DNA of 64,000 nucleotides from Candidatus Melainabacteria bacterium 17Bon1m (GTDB lineage: Bacteria > Cyanobacteriota > Vampirovibrionia > Obscuribacterales > Obscuribacteraceae). Shown piece by piece: positions 57,913 to 64,000 of the stretch (positions within the stretch are counted from its first letter, which is position 1; each line of letters opens with the position of its first letter). Under the pieces are notes generated by a model. It was not told the DNA's origin. It did no database searches and worked only from the letters and a program-made list of their open reading frames with translations. Position numbers and translations under genes: made by a program. Location of the stretch: the NCBI GenBank assembly GCA_032128875.1, contig JAVLKG010000005.1:539030-603029 (forward strand). The letters are read 5' to 3'.

Positions 57913-58190
57913 AAAATCCGTTCTGGGAAAGCCTTTGAAAACAGCCTGGTTGGCGCTTTTGGGCAGGGGTATTAGCAGCAAACTGGTAATTATAGAGACG
58001 TTAAGCCAAGAGTGCGACCCCGCTTCTCTAATGAAAGCCTGAAAGGCGCAATCGCTGGGCCTTTTCGCCATTGTGTGCCAATAATATGTGATTAAGCTAA
58101 GCGAAGTACTCTTATGAGGATGCAAAGAAGCCTGTAGTATGGAACCTGCTGGCTGATGCCGACATCGTAAGAACCCTCTGAGGGCAAGAT

Positions 58191-59213
58191 ATGCGCCTGA
58201 ACATTTTTGGACTTGGAAGCGGAGCTAAAGACGCTGCCGCTGCAGAAGTCGATGCGTCCCAAACTGCGCCAGAGACGCCTGTTCAGGCGGGCGTGGATAA
58301 AGGACTGAAGGGGAATCGCAAGGGGGGTGTAAGAACACCGTCGCCAAGCAAGCCTCGGGCATCATCACGCAGAGCGCAATTCCCGCCTGAACCCACGGAG
58401 TCGCTCAAGAAGCGCGTTAAGTGGCTGGTTGCGCACATCGAAGAATTCAAAGCGCGTCTAGAGCCCTCGATGGATTCGGGTAATACGGAAGAATTCGTTT
58501 CGACGATGAACAACTTCCTGGCGTTTATCAGCGCGTACTCTGATACCGTCGCGTACGATGTATACGAGTTGGGACCTGCCTATCCGGAATCTTTGAAGTT
58601 CTTTCACAAGGCTTGTCTGGAATTAGCTTGGCGCATGGAAGAAAGGGCATTTGTTGAAATCGCCGAAGCGGAATTGCAGCCCGGGCGACCCTTGAAAGAA
58701 GTTGTGAGCCAATGTATAGCTGGCTCTTACTTTAGAATGGAAGAGTTGTCTGATCTCGTTGATTTTTCGCAAACTCGCAGCATTGTTGTGCTTGGATGCG
58801 GCAAGGTGCCTGCGTCTCTCTTCTACCTGCAGGATCAAACTAGAGTTCCGGCAATTTTAGGAATCGACAATGTTCAAGAGGCTGTTGATTGCTCCAACGC
58901 GCTAGTTTCTAAGTTGAACCTGGACAGAGTGAGGGTCGTTAAAGCTGATGCAACGACCTTTGACTATTCGTTTTTCGATGCGATTTATTTCGGGCCATTT
59001 GCGTCTCCACGGGCGGATGTGCTGAAGCAAATTCGCTCGACTGCAAGACCGAACGCAACCATCATTTTGAGAGAGCCGCACTTTACGGGTTCTTTGGCAT
59101 TCGAGCGGGTTTTGCCCTACATGCAGCCCTCGTTCGATTTGATTAAGGCCGGCGATTCGAAGAAGTATTTGGGACGCTTCATGTTGCGTCATTACGTCCT
59201 GAAGATGCGCTAG
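58191..59213 (+). CDS. Nicotianamine synthase/CntL-like SAM-dependent enzyme
   Basis: ME...YFRMEE, VLGCGKVPAS (cf. GSGPLP), GID...AVD.S, FDYSFFDAI, V...I.....PNATIILR. Confidence 0.7.
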   Translation: MRLNIFGLGSGAKDAAAAEVDASQTAPETPVQAGVDKGLKGNRKGGVRTPSPSKPRASSRRAQFPPEPTESLKKRVKWLVAHIEEFKARLEPSMDSGNTEEFVSTMNNFLAFISAYSDTVAYDVYELGPAYPESLKFFHKACLELAWRMEERAFVEIAEAELQPGRPLKEVVSQCIAGSYFRMEELSDLVDFSQTRSIVVLGCGKVPASLFYLQDQTRVPAILGIDNVQEAVDCSNALVSKLNLDRVRVVKADATTFDYSFFDAIYFGPFASPRADVLKQIRSTARPNATIILREPHFTGSLAFERVLPYMQPSFDLIKAGDSKKYLGRFMLRHYVLKMR

Positions 59214-59219
59214 AAAATT

Positions 59220-60437
59220 GTGATGAACTTTGTTGTCGACTCGTTTTTCGAAGATGTGAAAGACGGTGGCTCGCGCATTGGTGCGCAAGTCGATGGCAAG
59301 AAAGTCTGGGTTGAATCAGGCGATGCGTCACTACGAAACGCGGCAGAAGCTTATGGCTGCGCATTTTTGATTCCCGCCTTGTTGCAGGGGCTCACTTTCA
59401 AATTGACCGAACCAGTGTGCTCGCAGTGGGAGAAAAACGTACAAGAGCTGACTGAAATGCTCGGTGAAGCGTGGGGATGTGCGACTACGCTTCCTATTGA
59501 ACTCACGACGCATAAGCGCGAAGGCGCGTCTGGACGCAAGCGGGCGCAGTTTTTCTCTGCTGGTGTCGATTCATTTTACGAGCTGCTCACGGCGAAAGTG
59601 GCTCCTGATGCGCTCATTAGTGTGCACGGATTCGACATCAATTTGTCGGAGTCTCTCAGATATGAACAGCTGAAGAGGTCCGTTGAGGAAATTTGCAATG
59701 AGAAAAAGGTTGAATCGGTTTTCTTGACCACCAACATTCGCGATAATTCGATCATCTCCTCTGTTTCTTGGGATGACGCTCACGGCGGAGTTCTTGCTGC
59801 TATCGCGCACTTTTTGTCGGGTCAGTTTCACACAGTCGTAATTCCACCTTCTTTCGCGCAATCTTCGTGGCGCTCGTTATGGGGATCTCACTGGAAGATC
59901 GATCCGCTTTGGTCCTCGAATATCGTAAAGCTGGAGCACGGAGATGCTTCTTCTACGCGCGCGGAGCGCATCAGGCGCATCTCGCAAGAGCCGCTTGCTC
60001 AGCGCCATCTTCGTGTGTGCTGGTCGGAGCGAGTGCAGCATGGCAATTGTTCGTCTTGTTCTAAGTGCGTGCGAACAATGGCTGTTCTTCACGACTGCGG
60101 GCAACTGGAGAATTTTTCGGTGTTCGATTCGAGCGTTCCTATTTGGGAGCGAATCGATGCTTTGCCATACGTCGCTCTTACGGTGACTTATGACGAATTG
60201 CTGGAAAAAGGTGTGGAGCCAAAGTTTGAAAGTGCTATTCGCCGGTTGATAAAACGCAGCCATGGTGTAGCTTTACGGGCAGAGTACTCCCTGGCTCACA
60301 ACAAAGATCTGGTGGAAGCTAATCTAGAATTGGAAAACCAGATTCGCTCTCTGCAAGCGACGATTAACGGCATGAGCAATTCACGCGTCTGGAAGGCTGG
60401 GAAAGTCCTTCGGCATGTGCGCCGATTGTTAAAGTAG
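59220..60437 (+). CDS. QueC-like PP-loop protein with C-terminal Cys cluster and coiled-coil/amphipathic tail
   Basis: FFSAGVDSFY; LRVCW..NCSSCSKC; ends SNSRVWKAGKVLR. Confidence 0.7.
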   Translation: MMNFVVDSFFEDVKDGGSRIGAQVDGKKVWVESGDASLRNAAEAYGCAFLIPALLQGLTFKLTEPVCSQWEKNVQELTEMLGEAWGCATTLPIELTTHKREGASGRKRAQFFSAGVDSFYELLTAKVAPDALISVHGFDINLSESLRYEQLKRSVEEICNEKKVESVFLTTNIRDNSIISSVSWDDAHGGVLAAIAHFLSGQFHTVVIPPSFAQSSWRSLWGSHWKIDPLWSSNIVKLEHGDASSTRAERIRRISQEPLAQRHLRVCWSERVQHGNCSSCSKCVRTMAVLHDCGQLENFSVFDSSVPIWERIDALPYVALTVTYDELLEKGVEPKFESAIRRLIKRSHGVALRAEYSLAHNKDLVEANLELENQIRSLQATINGMSNSRVWKAGKVLRHVRRLLK

Positions 60438-60441
60438 GAGC

Positions 60442-60464
60442 GTGGGGGCGCGTTGCACGCGCCC
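60442..60464 (+). repeat. GTAG-type REP-like palindrome variant
   Basis: GTGGGGGCGCGTTGCACGCGCCC between convergent genes. Confidence 0.55.
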
Positions 60465-60487
60465 TTTTCTACATCTTCAAAGCGCAG

Positions 60488-63445
60488 CTACATCTTTAAC
60501 ACGTGCATTAAGAACAACAACTGGTCTTTGACCCGATCGGACGGGCGGCTCCAGGCGTGTCCTGCTTCCTCCTCGATGCGCAAAAGTACCAGACCTTTGT
60601 TGTTTTGAGCATGGCGCAGCGCCGCCGCGAATTTGAAGCTGTGCCAGGGAAGAACGCGATCGTCACCGCGCGCAGCAGAGATAAGGATGGGCGGATACTG
60701 TTGTCCTTTTTTCAGATTGTGCAATGGAGAATAATTGCGCAAAAACTCAAATTGCTCCTTATTTTCGGCGCTGCCGTATTCATTCAGCCATGTCCAGGCT
60801 AATGTTGAATTGTGGTAGCGAAGCATGTCATAGAGCCCGTTTATGATGATGCCCGCAGCAAACATAGTCGGATACCTGACGATAGTCGCGGCGGCAGTCA
60901 GCCCGCCATTGCTGCCACCATATACCGCTATTCGCTTCGAATTCGTCCAATGGTTGTCCTTGAGCCATTCCGCTGCCGCGGCTATGTCTTCGATCGTCTT
61001 GTTCTTCCCTTCCAAAATCGCGTCAGTATGCCATTTTGTGCCGAGTTCTCCACCTCCTCGCAAGAGGGGTGCCGCGTATACACCTCCCAGTTTGAGCCAA
61101 GCCATGACGTCGTAGGTGTACTCAGGAGTGAGGCAGCGACCGAAGCCGCCGTAAACGTAGAGCAGTACAGGATTATTGCCGTCCAGTTTGATGCCCTGCT
61201 TGTGCACCAAATGCATGGGAATTTCGGTGCCGTCTTTGCTTTTGTATTTTACGAGCGTTGTTGTGAAACCGCGACCAATGTTGGGTTTGTCACTCTGGAA
61301 AAACACAGTCGGCTTGCTCTTCTTCGGTGAAAATTTGAAGACAGTCTCTGGGTGGAGATAGGACGTCGCGGCAACGAGAAATGTATTACCATCGTCAACC
61401 CAGCGTAAGTCGCAGACTGTGCCGGAGAAAGGCAGTTTTAGCTCGCCTTCCGGTTTCAGTGTATTCCAATTGAACTTGCGCACGCGCGAAAAACCGTTTT
61501 CCAAATACTGGACTAGAAGGTGATTAGTCCCTTCGTAAGCCGAATCAAGTAAATGCTGTCTTTCAGCTAAGGTCTCTTGAGGTTTGCCGAACTTTCCCGT
61601 AGTGGCATCAGCGGAAATCGAGATGATGCGCCCCTTGTCGGCGTTCTTATCTGTAATGAAATAGAGCCGGCCGCGGCGCGAAGTGAAGTAGCGGTACGAC
61701 GCATCTTCTTTGGGAAAGACTGGCAGCAAGTGTTTTTTCGCTGCGCCGGATTTTAGTAATTGCTTTGCCAAAACAATGCTGCGGTCTGCCTTTTCAGTCC
61801 AGTTTGTTAGCAGTGCCAATTTGCCGCCCAGCGCCACAGAAGGGCCGATGTACCAATTCGGTTTGTCCAAACGCCTGTAAATCAGCTTGTCGCTTGTCTG
61901 CTTTGTGCCGACCTTGTGCAGGTAAATTGCAGGAAAGCGAAGCAGCTCAGCGCGTTTGCTTTTGTGTTTTGGCTGCGTGTGCTTGATGTACATAAAAGCC
62001 TTGCCGCCAGGCATCCACAGGACGTATTCGTGAATGAGCCCAGTCAATACATCGTTGAGCTTTTTCTTTGAAATCATGTCGTAAATGTGCCAGGTCTGCC
62101 ATTCCGAGCCACCTTGTGTCACACCGTAGGCGACATGCCTGCCATTTGGGCTGACGACGAAGTTGGTTATCCCGCCGTCTTTTGGATCCAGCAAATCAGA
62201 GGGGTGAATCACTATCTTCTTGCGTTTTCCACTTGCTGAGCAAGTCCAGAGCGCCTTGTCCGAGCTATATTCCAGGTCTGCGACAAAGTAGTATTTCTTT
62301 TTCACGGAGACCGGCACGCTAGGCTTGTGACGAATGACGCTTGATTCAATCGCACTGTGAATGAGCGCTTTGTTGTCCAACGTACAGAGAAACAGCTCGG
62401 CGTAATCGTTTTCCTTTCTCGTCCATTCCAGGACTTCTTCTGAGTCAACGGATTCCAGCCATCGATAAGGGTCTTGGATGGTTTTGCCATGCAGTTTCAT
62501 AGGACTGGCAATACGCTTTGCCAGCGCAATCTTGGCTCTCCGCCGCAGGTTTGCAGCAAATGTTTTACTGGCTGCGATAAGTCTTTTGGCTGTAGGTGAT
62601 TTAGTGTTTGTTTTGGCGATCAGGCTCTCGATGCTGAAAAATACGAAGTGCAAATCCTGCATGGTCAGCTCTTTCTGATGAGAAAGCAGAGACAGCGTTA
62701 GCTCAAATTCTTTTAGTGCTTGTTCTGTCTTATTCAGTTTGCCGACGCAAACCCCAAGGCAGCATCTAACCATGCCCTCGCGCCAATGCTGCTGGTATGC
62801 CGCGGGCTTAATATCATCTAGTGCACTAGTGAAAATCTCGCTTGCATGCGCGTACTTCTCGTCGAACATCAGCTGGCACGCCCACGAATATCGACAAAGA
62901 AACAGGGCCTCGTGACACTCTGAGCGCAACTTTTTCAAGCTGTGTGCTTCCACGGTCTTCAGCGCCGTCATCCCATAGCGCTCTGCCTCGCGATAGAGTT
63001 CGAGACTACGGTACGAGTTGGAGGCGTGCAGATAAGTGTCTGCGAGAAACTCATAGTGCTTGCCGTGATACTTCTTTAGTCTGTCTAGCGCGGACTTTAG
63101 GAACCTCAGGCTCTCTGGCTTGCGCCCCTGTGTCGCAAACAAGCTCGCAAGCGAAATTTCGGTAGTCACCCGCAAGTTATTCGACTCTGCCAGGCGTTCG
63201 CAAAGAGCGCTGCATTCCAGTAACAAATCCTCTTGACGTTTTTCGTCACCTGATTCTCTGGCTTTTGAAATGTCTTCCCAAATCTGATGGCACTTTGCCT
63301 CCACCTTCTCCTGTGTGACTGACGCGTTTGGCTTGACTCGCTTCGCCGCCTCTTTAAGCTTGGACGCTTTTTTGGCGCTTGTTGAAAGCTTGTGCGTAGT
63401 TTTGGTGGGCATTTTGTGGTTTGAGATTTCCGGAGTTTCTTTCAT
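60488..63445 (-). CDS. Prolyl oligopeptidase (S9A) with long N-terminal TPR-like extension
   Basis: DPYRWLE, SKDGTEIPM, YGGF, RGGGE, GGSNGG, DDRV, AGH; ~300 aa helical N-terminus. Confidence 0.92.
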   Translation of the reverse strand: MKETPEISNHKMPTKTTHKLSTSAKKASKLKEAAKRVKPNASVTQEKVEAKCHQIWEDISKARESGDEKRQEDLLLECSALCERLAESNNLRVTTEISLASLFATQGRKPESLRFLKSALDRLKKYHGKHYEFLADTYLHASNSYRSLELYREAERYGMTALKTVEAHSLKKLRSECHEALFLCRYSWACQLMFDEKYAHASEIFTSALDDIKPAAYQQHWREGMVRCCLGVCVGKLNKTEQALKEFELTLSLLSHQKELTMQDLHFVFFSIESLIAKTNTKSPTAKRLIAASKTFAANLRRRAKIALAKRIASPMKLHGKTIQDPYRWLESVDSEEVLEWTRKENDYAELFLCTLDNKALIHSAIESSVIRHKPSVPVSVKKKYYFVADLEYSSDKALWTCSASGKRKKIVIHPSDLLDPKDGGITNFVVSPNGRHVAYGVTQGGSEWQTWHIYDMISKKKLNDVLTGLIHEYVLWMPGGKAFMYIKHTQPKHKSKRAELLRFPAIYLHKVGTKQTSDKLIYRRLDKPNWYIGPSVALGGKLALLTNWTEKADRSIVLAKQLLKSGAAKKHLLPVFPKEDASYRYFTSRRGRLYFITDKNADKGRIISISADATTGKFGKPQETLAERQHLLDSAYEGTNHLLVQYLENGFSRVRKFNWNTLKPEGELKLPFSGTVCDLRWVDDGNTFLVAATSYLHPETVFKFSPKKSKPTVFFQSDKPNIGRGFTTTLVKYKSKDGTEIPMHLVHKQGIKLDGNNPVLLYVYGGFGRCLTPEYTYDVMAWLKLGGVYAAPLLRGGGELGTKWHTDAILEGKNKTIEDIAAAAEWLKDNHWTNSKRIAVYGGSNGGLTAAATIVRYPTMFAAGIIINGLYDMLRYHNSTLAWTWLNEYGSAENKEQFEFLRNYSPLHNLKKGQQYPPILISAARGDDRVLPWHSFKFAAALRHAQNNKGLVLLRIEEEAGHAWSRPSDRVKDQLLFLMHVLKM

Positions 63446-63575
63446 GATCTTATCTACTTGGCGGGGTGAATGCGGACGTGACAGTCGCCATAATCGGGGT
63501 CTGACCGTTCGCTGTGGACTAGTCTTTCCTGCTCCCCCTTTTTTCGATTGGTGAAGACCACCCAACGAAACCTTG

Positions 63576-63755
63576 CTGATACCCCATAATTGCTGCGCGA
63601 TTTTTAGAACTCACCATAATCGGATACCCCAGTTTTATTTTTGAAATCTTGAAGTTCGCCACGGGGAGGTACCCCATTAAAAAACGTCCTAGTTACTTTT
63701 TTTAAGCACATGGATACCCCAAAATTGATGTGGTTTTCCTCAACTCTCGTTGTGC
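63576..63755. repeat. Four-unit non-coding array, period exactly 45 bp, core TACCCCA
   Basis: TACCCCA starts at 63580, 63625, 63670 and 63715. Confidence 0.8.
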
Positions 63756-64000
63756 GACCTCAACGCTAAATTGCATCCATATGACCCGTATCTGCATACG
63801 AATTTTGGGGTGCTAGCCATGGGTTCAACGGACATGACTTTCCGAAAGATGACCTCAGCTTGTGCCGTGAAGTTCCTGTTTCTACGATGTTAGATAAGAG
63901 CCTTTGCCTTAAATTCAACTGACGTATGACTTCACTAAACCATGTAGCAGGTCCTGCTCAAAAGAACGAGCTAAAACCTCTGCCATTTTCGCTTTTCGAC

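Noticed and set aside
63576-63755. CRISPR array interpretation of the 45-bp array
   Set aside because: Conserved part is only 7-9 nt, not palindromic, and there are no cas genes in the window
63915-64000. Possible gene fragments at the right edge (minus frame ...MAEVLARSFEQDLLHGLVKSYVS*; plus frame from ATG 63926)
   Set aside because: Under 30 codons each; cannot decide without flanking sequence

Overview
Gene-dense (~50% GC) bacterial chromosomal window. It has no transposase, integrase, phage gene or CRISPR array. A cyanobacteria-like tRNA-Glu, a stand-alone glyQ, a short ComEC, PAS-kinase/OmpR pairs and many orphan secreted or acidic proteins suggest a non-photosynthetic cyanobacterial relative such as Melainabacteria/Obscuribacterales (inference, not verified). 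Housekeeping content: comEC, two two-component systems, TonB-like protein, MoxR-DUF58-transglutaminase operon, glyQ, NAGPA, ROK kinase, TIGR01212 radical SAM, tRNA-Glu, M1 aminopeptidase, transketolase, PhzF, ArnT-like GT, VWA, alpha/beta hydrolase, SDR, Phd-VapC toxin-antitoxin pair, deoxyhypusine-synthase-like enzyme, barstar and prolyl oligopeptidase. Best leads: (1) a 103-aa protein resembling eukaryotic ubiquitin; (2) an effector-like PI3/4-kinase-fold protein with a Lys-to-Arg change at the ATP-binding position; (3) dispersed signal-less modular proteins sharing an N-terminal 'G(V/L)LP' module, EF-hands and an unnamed ~100-aa domain; (4) a nicotianamine-synthase-like gene plus a QueC-like PP-loop gene with a divergent Cys-containing binding protein; (5) a non-coding array with an exact 45-bp period; (6) a gene split at a (TA)5 tract; (7) a 4x MshEN protein; (8) two candidate structured RNAs, two REP-like families and gene-end 'echo' duplications. 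All family assignments are from motif recognition by eye; no database searches were run.
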